NCBI GenBank assembly: GCA_944359025.1
Contig: CALVSM010000001.1
Coordinates: forward strand, 1 to 48,433
Origin: an uncultured Bacilli bacterium
Lineage (GTDB): Bacteria > Bacillota_I > Bacilli_A > RF39 > UBA660
Direction of reading: 5' to 3'
Length of the DNA: 48,433 nt
Positions 10,101 through 19,145 of the stretch are shown piece by piece (position 1 is the stretch's first letter; the number at the start of each line of letters is the position of its first letter). Both the position numbers and the translations under genes were made by a program. The notes beneath the pieces are model-generated. The model was given only the letters and a program-made list of their open reading frames with translations, did no database searches and was not told where the DNA came from.

Positions 10101-11643
10101 TGATTTACCTGATTATAATTGCCCTAAATGCGGAAGTAATATGATTAAAGATGGTAATGATATGCCATTTGCGACTTTCTTAGGTTTTAATGCGGATAAA
10201 GTACCGGATATTGATTTAAATTTCTCTGATTTAAACCAAGCGGCAGCTCATGAATATACGAAAGTATTGTTTGGCGAAGATAATGTTTATCGCGCAGGAA
10301 CAATTGGTACGGTAGCAGATAAAACGGCTTATGGCTTTGTTAAAGGATACTGTGAAGATAAGGGAATAACTAAAAAAACTGCGGAAATTGAAAGATTAGC
10401 GATAGGATGTACTGGGGTTAAAAGAACTACTGGTCAACATCCAGGCGGAATTGTCGTTATTCCTGGTTATATGGATGTCTTTGATTTTACGCCTTTTCAA
10501 TATCCCGCTGATGACCCAACTAGTGCTTGGCGTACTACCCATTTTGATTATCACGCTATCGATCAAGATGTTTTAAAGTTAGATATTTTAGGTCATTCTG
10601 ATCCAACGCAATTAAGAATGATTCAAGATTTATCAGGACATGATGTTACTAAAGTTCCTTTGGATGATAAAGCGACTATGGGAATATTCTTATCACCGGA
10701 ACCATTAGGGGTTACTAAAGAACAAATATTAAATGAAACGGGAACTTTAGGCATACCGGAATTTGGTACTCCTTTTACAATTAGCTTGGTTGCGGAAACT
10801 AAACCGACAACTTTTGCTGAATTAATTAAAATATCAGGTTTATCTCATGGTACTGATGTTTGGTTAGGTAACGCTCAAGAATTAATTAAAAATAATATCG
10901 TCCCTTTTAAAGAGGTTATCGGATGTCGTGATGATATTATGGTTTATTTAATGCAAAAGGGAATGAAGCCTTTGAAAGCATTTAAAATAATGGAATTTGT
11001 TAGAAAAGGTAAAGCTAGTAAAGAACCAGATAAATGGGGGGAATTTGAAAAAGAAATGAAAGAAGCAGGAATTGAAGATTGGTATATTGATTCTTGCCGT
11101 AAAATAAAATATATGTTCCCTAAAGCTCATGCTACCGCTTATGTAACTAGTGCTTTTAGAATTGCTTACTATAAGGTTCATTATCCAAGTTATTTTTATG
11201 CTTCTTGGTTTTCAACTAAAGCTACTGACTTTGATATTGAAACAATGATTAAAGGATATGATGCTATTAAAGCTAAAATGCAAGAAATTAGTAATAAAGG
11301 TTTTGATGCTAGTAATAAGGAATCAGGTATTTTAGAATGTTTGAAATTAGCTTTAGAAATGACGGCTCGTGGCTTAAAATTTAAAAATGTCGATTTGTTA
11401 AAAAGTAACGCTACAACCTTTGCTTTAGATGAAGAAGGTAATTTGATACCACCATTTAGTACGATTGATGGCTTGGGTGATACGGTGGCTAAAACAATCG
11501 TCGAAGAAAGAAATAAAGGGGAATTTTTAAGTATCGAAGATTTACAAAAAAGAGGTAAAGTATCTACTACTTTAATTGAAAAAATGCGTAATATGCATAT
11601 TTTAGATGGATTAGATGAATCAAGTCAATTAACATTGTTTTAA
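7123..11643 (+). CDS. polC: DNA polymerase III PolC-type alpha subunit
   Basis: PHP domain (HAHTMMS), DEDDh exonuclease (FDFETTG ... HNAKFD ... HRADYDA), Zn module (CPNC...CPKC) and polymerase core. Start set to ATG 7123, downstream of GGTGG. Confidence 0.95.
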   Translation: MQDKLKTLLEQINFDNNLFVFFNDGKLNKIVGNKDKTKYNFYISLIETLPIDVYTNFMDNLKKHFSNYKVKVSFTVDKQNNELIKDYYQYLIKKNVEEFPLLETFLDNEINYENNILTIEVANKAEQMKLDSIANKLIGLLDSVGYDTVNINIVVNEAKSEEIRKEIEQAKTVEVKPEKKEIIEIVGSYIPKVTHEISGIFTEEDNVSLEAYVFEVDIFESSKTNFKVFTLKITDFTDSMYAKLFVKEQSDFDFYKKHIKSNTWYKFRGYTKFDKYSNEIVLNIRDLNKSDKVIETPKDEEEEKRVELHAHTMMSQMDGVVDAKTLVKQAYKWGHKAIAITDHNGVQAYPDVYHLVCDLNKGKEENEKFKAIYGAEFTLIDDSVNIVVRENDSILLDNTYVVFDFETTGFNAGGGDTIIEIGAVKIHNGEIIDRFNELINPGRNLPRKITEVTNITDDMLKDKDNEENAIKRFIKWFEDLPMVAHNAKFDVSFLEMCYQKYNLGEFKNIVIDTLELSRVLDNNYARHNLTALVKRYDVPWDEDSHHRADYDAEGTALVFHKMMQKLSSQNIEKVSQLNKMIDKSEIHKYGRSYHVNILVKNKTGLKNLFKIVSLANTKYLYKTPRILRSVLNELRDGLLIGSGCYESEVFVEAKSKSDEELANIINFYDYVEVQPLDVYNHMLQTNDFGSISELMEHIRKIIRVTKDSGKLIVATGDVHHLFKEDKIYREIIVNQKVPGGGRHPLAKNNITEIPSQHFRTTKEMLDDFDFLDEETKKEIVITNPNKIADMVDIIEVIIETGGVPFSPKIDKSVETVTELVYNKAKDWYGDPLPYNIEERIAKELYGDGIFDSIKAELKRNNVENITEESFKILHDTILKGFDAVKDKIKNELKIQEPEIDDQELEKKLKKTLGGIIGGGFDVIYLIAQKLVKKSNDDGYLVGSRGSVGSSFVATMMGITEVNPLPAHYRCPNCKHSIFELDSQPLANTYSSGFDLPDYNCPKCGSNMIKDGNDMPFATFLGFNADKVPDIDLNFSDLNQAAAHEYTKVLFGEDNVYRAGTIGTVADKTAYGFVKGYCEDKGITKKTAEIERLAIGCTGVKRTTGQHPGGIVVIPGYMDVFDFTPFQYPADDPTSAWRTTHFDYHAIDQDVLKLDILGHSDPTQLRMIQDLSGHDVTKVPLDDKATMGIFLSPEPLGVTKEQILNETGTLGIPEFGTPFTISLVAETKPTTFAELIKISGLSHGTDVWLGNAQELIKNNIVPFKEVIGCRDDIMVYLMQKGMKPLKAFKIMEFVRKGKASKEPDKWGEFEKEMKEAGIEDWYIDSCRKIKYMFPKAHATAYVTSAFRIAYYKVHYPSYFYASWFSTKATDFDIETMIKGYDAIKAKMQEISNKGFDASNKESGILECLKLALEMTARGLKFKNVDLLKSNATTFALDEEGNLIPPFSTIDGLGDTVAKTIVEERNKGEFLSIEDLQKRGKVSTTLIEKMRNMHILDGLDESSQLTLF

Positions 11644-11699
11644 TTGACTTTTTTCATATTTAAATAAATGTTTAATATAATTTAATAGAGGTGTTATAG

Positions 11700-12020
11700 A
11701 TGGAAAAAAAGTTACCTAAAGTATTTGCTAATAAAATTGATAAAATAATAAAAAATAATGAAACGGTGTATTATAATCGCAATGAGGAAAAAAAAGAAGA
11801 ACCAGTTAAAACTAATTCAACATTATCAATAAATCAAAAAATTAATCAAATATTTGGCTCATCAAGATATGTTTATAAAGCTGATGTGATTATAACAACT
11901 AAAGACGGAGTTTTAAATAAAAAAATAATTGGTCGTAATCGTAGTGAATTAATAACGATGGATAATGAAGTAATTCCGATTAATAGTATTATCGATATTG
12001 CATTTAAAAACAACGAATAA
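11700..12020 (+). CDS. Hypothetical protein (106 aa)
   Basis: Good RBS (AGAGGTG) and its own terminator. I recognised no family. Confidence 0.55.
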   Translation: MEKKLPKVFANKIDKIIKNNETVYYNRNEEKKEEPVKTNSTLSINQKINQIFGSSRYVYKADVIITTKDGVLNKKIIGRNRSELITMDNEVIPINSIIDIAFKNNE

Positions 12021-12030
12021 TCGTTGTTTT
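12007..12030. terminator. Bidirectional hairpin terminator between convergent genes
   Basis: AAAACAACGA-ATAA-TCGTTGTTTT, a 10-bp perfect stem with A/T runs on both sides. Confidence 0.65.
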
Positions 12031-12033
12031 AAT

Positions 12034-12474
12034 TTAGACACCTTCAACATATGTATCTTGTAAACATTTTAAACTACATACACAATTTAAATTCATTGTG
12101 AAAAATGAATTAGTTGCAATATATGGAGATAAAGCTGTTGGTTCTGGGTTAGGCGCTAAAACTCTAAATGTTGCACAACAACCGTCTATTTTTTCGACAC
12201 GGAAGACGCTTGAGCAAGATCCTGGCGTTGTTGTACAATCAACCACATCTTTGCTAGTAGGCATTGTCCAAGGTGTTCCGTTACCCGCACAGGTATATAA
12301 AGTAATTGGTCGTGTGTTACAATTAAATGTCGTTGTACCACAACCTAAAAAGCCACGGTCACAAGTATCTAGACAACAGTCACCACAACAACTAGCGTTT
12401 TGTTGTAAAATATTAATTACAGTTAATATTTCGGCTATACATTTACAAGATTCATTTTCGGTATTATTACACAT
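12034..12474 (-). CDS. CotY/CotZ/ExsY-family cysteine-rich spore coat protein
   Basis: Segments C.CIAEIL..I..LQ, CC..CC, NTRPITLYT and FRVEKIDGCCATFRVL resemble the CotZ family. The 149-codon ORF has 18 Cys. Start moved to ATG 12474 because the GTG at 12483 is part of the GGGGTGG RBS. Confidence 0.8.
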   Translation of the reverse strand: MCNNTENESCKCIAEILTVINILQQNASCCGDCCLDTCDRGFLGCGTTTFNCNTRPITLYTCAGNGTPWTMPTSKDVVDCTTTPGSCSSVFRVEKIDGCCATFRVLAPNPEPTALSPYIATNSFFTMNLNCVCSLKCLQDTYVEGV

Positions 12475-12605
12475 ATAATCCACCCCTTCTTTTCTAATAT
12501 AGCATATTCATTAAAGGCAAAAGGGTGTGAATTAAAAACCTAGATTTAAGATTATTATATTGATAAATGTCGAAAAATTAGATATAATAAATAATAGGTG
12601 ATGAT

Positions 12606-13865
12606 ATGCGTAGACTATTTTTTATGTTAGTAATATTATTTTTATTTTATTTAGGTATTCAATTTGCTTTTTATTGGTTTAGTGGTGGACAAGATAATGT
12701 TTATGAAATAACTGATGAGGGAGCGACTTTTGAAGTAAGTGAGAAATCTAATTTTAATTTAGCTTTAAATAGTTATGATTATGATGTTACTATCGATGAT
12801 ACGACATTTAGTTTTAAAATTTTTAAAAATTATAATAAAGCTTCTAAAGTTTTAGAAAAAATCGAATATTATACCGAAGAAGATACTAATTTTAAATGTA
12901 TTTTACCTATTTTTAAAGATGACGAAATATTTTTAGATATGATGTGTTACGATGGAGAAAGTTATAATTACTATTTTAATATTAAAGGAAAAAATGAAAA
13001 TTTAGATAAATTTGTTAGTAGTATTGAAGAATATGACATTAACCAATTTGTCGATGATGCGCAAAAGCAAATAATCGAAGAACTTAATGTTTTACCAGAA
13101 AATTTAGTTGAACATCATTATATTAGTTTTAATAATTATCGTGGCGTTTATATTGTAAGTGATAGTTTTAATAGTCGTGTTTATAACATTAGCCTTTTTA
13201 ACAAAGATGTTTATAAACAAGAATTAGGACAATTTGTAGATAGATATTATGTTATACCTGATTATAGTAAAGAACACGAATTTAATGAAATTGAAGTAGT
13301 TGATTTAGTAAGTTTAGACACTAAAACAATCGGTTCAGATCATATGATATCTTTTGATAGCTATATTCAAGGGGTTGTCGATAATAAAGTTTATTTATAC
13401 GACAAAGATAATGCGGTTCAATATGAGATAGACCCTAGTAAAGAAACGATTGTTAGATTAAGTAGTAATGAAATTAAATATTATGATGGACAGTGGAAAA
13501 CAATGACGCAAGCCGAAGCTAATGATGAAAAAAAATTTATTACAGATAAAGTTGATTATGTTGATGAACAATATGTAAGAATCGATAAATCTCATGATGA
13601 TTTTGGTTACTATTATTTATATAAAAAGAATGGCAATAAGTATGATGTTTATCGAATGAGTACCCAAGATAATAAAGGTTTAATTTATATATTTACGACA
13701 TCTAGTCTTAATTATATTCGTTATGTTGAAGATTATGTTTATTATATCGATGGTAATCAAGTTAAAGTATATAACGATAAATTTGGAGTTAGAAGATTAA
13801 TCGAATATAATGAATTAAACTTTAATAAAGATTTTAATTTTAATGTTTTCGCAACACAATGGTGA
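12606..13865 (+). CDS. Membrane-anchored hypothetical protein (419 aa)
   Basis: N-terminal TM helix followed by a large hydrophilic domain. RBS AGGTGA. No family recognised. Confidence 0.6.
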   Translation: MRRLFFMLVILFLFYLGIQFAFYWFSGGQDNVYEITDEGATFEVSEKSNFNLALNSYDYDVTIDDTTFSFKIFKNYNKASKVLEKIEYYTEEDTNFKCILPIFKDDEIFLDMMCYDGESYNYYFNIKGKNENLDKFVSSIEEYDINQFVDDAQKQIIEELNVLPENLVEHHYISFNNYRGVYIVSDSFNSRVYNISLFNKDVYKQELGQFVDRYYVIPDYSKEHEFNEIEVVDLVSLDTKTIGSDHMISFDSYIQGVVDNKVYLYDKDNAVQYEIDPSKETIVRLSSNEIKYYDGQWKTMTQAEANDEKKFITDKVDYVDEQYVRIDKSHDDFGYYYLYKKNGNKYDVYRMSTQDNKGLIYIFTTSSLNYIRYVEDYVYYIDGNQVKVYNDKFGVRRLIEYNELNFNKDFNFNVFATQW

Positions 13866-13869
13866 TAAT

Positions 13870-15036
13870 ATGTTAGCTATTGTTTTGTCTGGTGGTGGCG
13901 CAAAAGGTTCTTATGAGATGGGAGTTTGGAAAGCATTAAAAAAATTAAAAATAAAATATCAAATAGTTACGGGAACCTCAATTGGGGCTTTAAATGGAAT
14001 GATGATGGTCCAAAATGATTTTTATAAATGTTTGAAAATGTGGGAAACCATCAATTATGATGTTTTATATGATAATTTCACGAAAGTTGATACGACACAG
14101 GAATTGTATTTGACTTATTTAAACAAAATAGTTGATGGGGGTATCGATACTAAGAAAATTGAAAAATTAATTGAAGATAATTATCGTCCTAATAAAATAT
14201 ATAAATCTAAAATTCAATTTGGGGTAGTTGCTTTTAGTTTGAAAAATATGAATGTTATTTATGCTACTAAAAAAAATACTCGACCGGATAAGTTAAAAAA
14301 ATATATATTAGCTTCGGCTACTTGTTTTCCTGTTTTTAAACCGACGAAAATTGGGACCGATACGTTAATCGATGGGGGATATTACGATAACTTACCGATT
14401 AATTTAGCTATCGATTTAGGTGCTACGGAAATTATCGCGGTTGATTTAGGGGCGATTGGTTTAAGAAAAAAAATTCGCGATAAAAAAATTAAAATAACTT
14501 ATATTATTCCTAATAATAAGTTAGATTCTTTTTTGATGTTTGATTCTAATGTGACTAAAAGAATGATTAATCTAGGTTATAATGATACGATGAAGATATA
14601 TAAAAAATTAGAAGGTAATTTATATACTTTTAAAAAAGGAACGATTTTTAAATTATATTATCATTATAAAGCTAATATTTTAAAAATTATAGATAATTTA
14701 GATTATGTTGGAAATTTTAAGGGTTTTAGTAATTTGAAAAACCCAATTAATAAATTTACTAAAATAATCGAAGATACTTTGGAGATATTTAAAATTGATG
14801 TATCTAAAATATATAATTCACGAAAAATAAATAAAATTTTATTAGAAAAATTAGAACAAACTGATGATATTGAGTTTGAAAAATTTGAGCTTGGGGAAAT
14901 AAAAAAAATGTTTAATAGTGCGATTATAACAAAATATATTTATCAAAAATTAAAAAATTGTGATAAAATAAATGTTGTTTTCAATTTTTTTCCTAAAGAA
15001 TTTGCTGCAGCAATTTATTTACTAGCATTGAGGTGA
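13870..15036 (+). CDS. Patatin-like phospholipase
   Basis: Oxyanion motif SGGGAKG, nucleophile elbow GTSIG and catalytic DGG. Start set to ATG 13870, after GGTGA. Confidence 0.85.
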   Translation: MLAIVLSGGGAKGSYEMGVWKALKKLKIKYQIVTGTSIGALNGMMMVQNDFYKCLKMWETINYDVLYDNFTKVDTTQELYLTYLNKIVDGGIDTKKIEKLIEDNYRPNKIYKSKIQFGVVAFSLKNMNVIYATKKNTRPDKLKKYILASATCFPVFKPTKIGTDTLIDGGYYDNLPINLAIDLGATEIIAVDLGAIGLRKKIRDKKIKITYIIPNNKLDSFLMFDSNVTKRMINLGYNDTMKIYKKLEGNLYTFKKGTIFKLYYHYKANILKIIDNLDYVGNFKGFSNLKNPINKFTKIIEDTLEIFKIDVSKIYNSRKINKILLEKLEQTDDIEFEKFELGEIKKMFNSAIITKYIYQKLKNCDKINVVFNFFPKEFAAAIYLLALR

Positions 15037-15040
15037 GATA

Positions 15041-16045
15041 ATGAAAAATATTTTAACGGGTATTAGACCAACTGGTAATTTACATTTAGGTCATTATTTT
15101 GGGGCTGTTTCTAATTGGGTTAAATTACAAGATAGTTATAATTCATTTATCGAAATAGCTGATGTTCAAGCTTTGACCGATAATTTTAATAACCCTGATA
15201 AGGTTAGAAAAAATGTAAGAGAATTGACAATCGATTTATTATCATGTGGTATTGACCCTAATAAATTAACTATTTTTGTTCAATCAATGATACCGGAAAT
15301 TGCCGAGATGACCGTTTATTTTTCTAATTTGGTAACGATTGCTCGACTTTATCGCAATCCGACTATTAAAACAGAAATAAGTCAAAAAAAGGAACTGTTT
15401 GGTAATAGTGGCGAAAGTGTTACTTATGGTTTTTTAGGTTATCCGGTTAGTCAAGCTGCTGATATTACAATATTTGATGGAGCTTTAGTTCCTGTTGGAG
15501 AAGATCAATTACCGCTTTTAGAGCAATGCCGTGAAATTGTTAGAAAATTTAATACTATTTATGGTGAAACTTTTGTTGAACCAGAACAATTGCTAACGGA
15601 AAATATGCGAATTAAAGGTTTAGATGGTAATGAGAAAATGGGTAAAAGTTTAGGTAATGCAATTTTCTTAAATGATGATGATGAAACGATTAGTAAAAAA
15701 ATTATGTCAGCTGTGACTGATCCTAATAAAATTAAAAAAGATGATAAAGCTAACCCTAACGTTTGTATGGTTTATTATTATCACAAATTAGTTAATAAAG
15801 ATAATTTAGAAACGGTTTGTTCAGAATGTAAAAATGGTAGTCGGGGTTGTGTTGCTTGTAAAAAAGAACTTATTAATAAGATGATGGAATTTTTAAAGCC
15901 AATTCAAGAAAAAAGAAAGTATTATGAAGAGAATATCGATATAGTTGATGATATATTAAAAAAGGGCACTTTAAAAGCGCAAGAATATGCAAAAAATAAA
16001 ATGAAATTAATAAGAAAAAACATGAAGATAGATTACTTTGAATAA
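15041..16045 (+). CDS. trpS: Tryptophan--tRNA ligase
   Basis: HIGH-type motif (TGNLHLGHY), KMGKS (a KMSKS variant) and overall TrpRS layout. It starts 4 nt after the patatin gene. Confidence 0.9.
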   Translation: MKNILTGIRPTGNLHLGHYFGAVSNWVKLQDSYNSFIEIADVQALTDNFNNPDKVRKNVRELTIDLLSCGIDPNKLTIFVQSMIPEIAEMTVYFSNLVTIARLYRNPTIKTEISQKKELFGNSGESVTYGFLGYPVSQAADITIFDGALVPVGEDQLPLLEQCREIVRKFNTIYGETFVEPEQLLTENMRIKGLDGNEKMGKSLGNAIFLNDDDETISKKIMSAVTDPNKIKKDDKANPNVCMVYYYHKLVNKDNLETVCSECKNGSRGCVACKKELINKMMEFLKPIQEKRKYYEENIDIVDDILKKGTLKAQEYAKNKMKLIRKNMKIDYFE

Positions 16046-16069
16046 GATGTTATAACAACATCTTTTTTT
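16044..16069 (+). terminator. Rho-independent terminator
   Basis: AAGATGTT-ATAAC-AACATCTT followed by TTTTT. Confidence 0.7.
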
Positions 16070-16079
16070 GAGGTGGTTT

Positions 16080-16907
16080 ATGGAATTTTTAATATTATTT
16101 TTGAAAGGCTTTATTATCGGAATTGCTAAAATAATTCCTGGAGTTAGTGGTGCATTAATTGCAATTAGTTTTGGTATTTATGAAAAAGCTCTTAAGGCAA
16201 TTGGTAATTTTTTTAAAAACCCAATTGATAATTTTTTATTTTTGTTTCCTATCGGTTTAGGAGTATTATTATCTATTTCTTTAACTAGTAGTTTAATAAT
16301 TTATTTAATCAATAATTATTATCTTTCGACAATGTTACTTTTTATTGGTTTAATTATAGGAGGAATACCTAATTTAATCGAAAATTTAAATATTAAAAAA
16401 ATAAATTTTAAACATATTTTAATCTTAATTTTTACTTTTTCGCTAGTCTTTTTAATATCGTTAGTCGGTAATCAAAATTTTTTTATTGAAACAACTAATC
16501 ATTTTACTAACTTTATTTTATTTTTTATTATTGGCATTATCGATGCAATGACGATGATTATCCCAGGAATAAGTGGTACTGCCGTGATGATGATATTAGG
16601 TTGTTATAATTTATTGTTATCATTTTTAGAATCTTTAACTAGTGTATCTAATATATTAAATAATATTTTTAAAATTATTCCTTATTTTTTAGGTATTGTT
16701 TTATGTGTGATTTTTTTATCTAAATTAATGACTTATTTATTTAATAAGAAAAAAGAATATATGTACTTTGGAATAATTGGGTTTACTTTGAGTTCTAGTT
16801 TGTCATTATTTTTTGCAACATTTAAAAACAATTATAGCTTTTTAGAAACTATAATTGGTCTAATATGGTTATATATCGGGTATAAAATAGCGCGAAAATT
16901 GGAATAA
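16080..16907 (+). CDS. DUF368-family membrane protein (family implicated in undecaprenyl-phosphate recycling)
   Basis: Duplicated IIPG(V/I)SG(A/T) motifs (KIIPGVSGALIA and MIIPGISGTAVM). ATG 16080 follows GAGGTGG. The ORF-track start at 16068 lies inside the terminator T-run. Confidence 0.75.
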   Translation: MEFLILFLKGFIIGIAKIIPGVSGALIAISFGIYEKALKAIGNFFKNPIDNFLFLFPIGLGVLLSISLTSSLIIYLINNYYLSTMLLFIGLIIGGIPNLIENLNIKKINFKHILILIFTFSLVFLISLVGNQNFFIETTNHFTNFILFFIIGIIDAMTMIIPGISGTAVMMILGCYNLLLSFLESLTSVSNILNNIFKIIPYFLGIVLCVIFLSKLMTYLFNKKKEYMYFGIIGFTLSSSLSLFFATFKNNYSFLETIIGLIWLYIGYKIARKLE

Positions 16908-16908
16908 T

Positions 16909-17988
16909 TTAGTATTTATTTTTTTTAAATTTGGTAACTATTAAGACTAAAAAAGGGATAATTAAGAAAAATATTAGCGTTAAAAAAGGATAAATGTTTT
17001 TATAAAATGATTCGGCTATGGTATTATTAGGAAAAATATATTTGGTAATTATTAATATACTAATTAAACTTATAATATTTATTAAATTGAATTTATTTTT
17101 AAAATTAAATGTTTTAGTAATACTTTCTTTTATATAATAAATACATAGAGCAATTGCTATAACAGCTTCAAATATCCATTGAATAGATAAAATAGATTCT
17201 ACTCTTTGAAAGAAGTTAGCAATATTAATTGTTTTTAAAATATGGTATTCTGGATATTGATAAAGGTTAGTTAATTCGATACCTAAAATAGAAATACAAA
17301 TTATCAATACAGAAATCATACATATAAAACGAAAAATATAGACTTTAAAAAAAGAGGATAATAATTTGTTACTATTTTTAATAGCGTTTTTTGGAATAAT
17401 TAAAATGATAAAAATCGGAAATATATTTAGACCTAAAGAGGCAAAACTACCTTTTAAAATAGAACTAAAATTAGAGTTTAAAACAGGTTTTAAACCATTT
17501 AAATCACATTCACCAGCTAAAGAAAAAGCCGCTACAAAAAATAAAATAGTACTAATAATAAAGAAAACGGTACCAGTTCTAGCTATGGTGGTAATGTTTT
17601 GAATACTGACATAAAATATACTGATGGCTAAAACGATCGATATAACTAAAAGTGGGGTTTGAAATAAAAACTGTGAATAGATAAAATTAGTTAAATTCCA
17701 TAAAATTAAACCAGCGTGAAAAATGATAAATAAAATTAATAACATATTAATTAATTTGCCTAATGTACCTAATTTATTATTAATACTAACAATATTATCA
17801 TGAGGATTATGATTTAATAATTTATAATAGATGATTAAAGGAATAAAACTTAAGATAAAAGATATAATAAGACTTATCCAACCATCTTGTAAGGCAAAAT
17901 GAAGAATACTATAAATGGCTGGACCGAAAAATAAAGAGCGAATTAAAAAAGAAGTTAAATAAGAATATTCTGAACTAGTTACTTTCAT
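16909..17988 (-). CDS. Spore germination protein, GerAB/GerKB-type (spore permease family)
   Basis: About 10-TM permease-like protein and last gene of the ger operon. It overlaps the gerC-type gene by 4 nt. Confidence 0.8.
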   Translation of the reverse strand: MKVTSSEYSYLTSFLIRSLFFGPAIYSILHFALQDGWISLIISFILSFIPLIIYYKLLNHNPHDNIVSINNKLGTLGKLINMLLILFIIFHAGLILWNLTNFIYSQFLFQTPLLVISIVLAISIFYVSIQNITTIARTGTVFFIISTILFFVAAFSLAGECDLNGLKPVLNSNFSSILKGSFASLGLNIFPIFIILIIPKNAIKNSNKLLSSFFKVYIFRFICMISVLIICISILGIELTNLYQYPEYHILKTINIANFFQRVESILSIQWIFEAVIAIALCIYYIKESITKTFNFKNKFNLINIISLISILIITKYIFPNNTIAESFYKNIYPFLTLIFFLIIPFLVLIVTKFKKNKY

Positions 17989-19145
17989 TCTTTCACCTCG
18001 ACAATATTATTAATAGATCCTTTGGCTTGTAATCTTAAATTTACTTCTATTTCAACTTCTAAATTAGGAAATATTTCATCATCCCATTTATCTTTTATTT
18101 CATTCCATTTTTTTGGATTATTTTTATAAACATAATTACCAAAACCAAATATATCGGTTTTATTTTTTTTAGCTAAATCAATCGCCATATTAATATATTC
18201 TTTTATTTTTTCTATATCAGCATTTTGTATTTTTTCAATAGTTTTAGTATCATATAAATTTAAATCAGCATTCATCTCTTGGATAGCGCCAACAGTATCG
18301 ACGGTTATTTTTACTTTATTATTTTCTACTTTGAAAGAGGTTTCCATTTCAGTTATTTCGGTAACTATTTTTTTATTTTCCTTTTCAATAATAACTCCTA
18401 AAATATAGATTTTATTGTTTATTATATTAATACCCTTACTTTCATCAGGACTAGCCCAAGTAACAAATTTATCACCTTTAAATAGTCCTAACATATCTAA
18501 TTTTAAATAGGTGGTTGGTTCACTTTGTTCTTTATTTTCATCTTTATTACCTTCTATGGTATTACCAATTATGGTAACTGATGGAAGAATCGGGTTTATT
18601 CCTTCTGATACAAGTGATTTAGTAAAGTCAGTAAAATCAACAGTATAGGTAAACCCTTGTAATTTATCGGTTATTTCTAAATTTTTAGCTAGGTTTTGCG
18701 AAGGAAATGTTTCTAGTGGTGTGGTTATTTTTAAAATATCACCGGCTTTTTTAGCTTTAGCTAAAACTAAATAAAAATTGTTTCTCGTTTGGGGATAGCG
18801 AAATAAAAAATCGATAACATCCGTTAAATTGTTTTTAGCTATTTCTTCAGATAACACTAAGACATCGATATGACTTAAATATATTTGTTTCGATACACTT
18901 AAAGATGTATCTTTAAAAGCTTCGTATATCGTTTTACCTTTTCCTTCATAAACTGCCGCTGAAGGGGTGATACTACCATCAGAACCACTTCCTTTTTTGG
19001 AATTAGCAATCATAATAGTTATTTTATAATTTTCATTTTCTTTATCGACGGCGATACCAGTAGTTATAGCTAATTGGTTTAGTTCGCGATAATTCCAACA
19101 CCCAGTTAATAACAATATTAAAGGAATAATTAATAATTTTTTCAT
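17985..19145 (-). CDS. Spore germination lipoprotein, Ger(x)C family
   Basis: Lipobox LLLTGC followed by WNYRELNQLAITTGIAVD, which is typical of GerAC-family N-termini. Confidence 0.85.
   Translation of the reverse strand: MKKLLIIPLILLLTGCWNYRELNQLAITTGIAVDKENENYKITIMIANSKKGSGSDGSITPSAAVYEGKGKTIYEAFKDTSLSVSKQIYLSHIDVLVLSEEIAKNNLTDVIDFLFRYPQTRNNFYLVLAKAKKAGDILKITTPLETFPSQNLAKNLEITDKLQGFTYTVDFTDFTKSLVSEGINPILPSVTIIGNTIEGNKDENKEQSEPTTYLKLDMLGLFKGDKFVTWASPDESKGINIINNKIYILGVIIEKENKKIVTEITEMETSFKVENNKVKITVDTVGAIQEMNADLNLYDTKTIEKIQNADIEKIKEYINMAIDLAKKNKTDIFGFGNYVYKNNPKKWNEIKDKWDDEIFPNLEVEIEVNLRLQAKGSINNIVEVKE

Noticed and set aside
10948-11181. Antisense ORFs inside polC (this interval) and inside other well-supported genes: 17366..17602, 19347..19586, 23782..24003, 28215..28403, 29273..29458, 31612..31893, 33392..33769 and 35174..35371.
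   Set aside because: Each is fully nested antisense to a CDS with strong motif support. None has a convincing RBS or recognisable domain.
12098-12478. A 126-aa plus-strand ORF antisense to the CotZ-like gene.
   Set aside because: It is an artefact of the locally high GC content. The minus-strand product has clear CotY/CotZ family features and an RBS.
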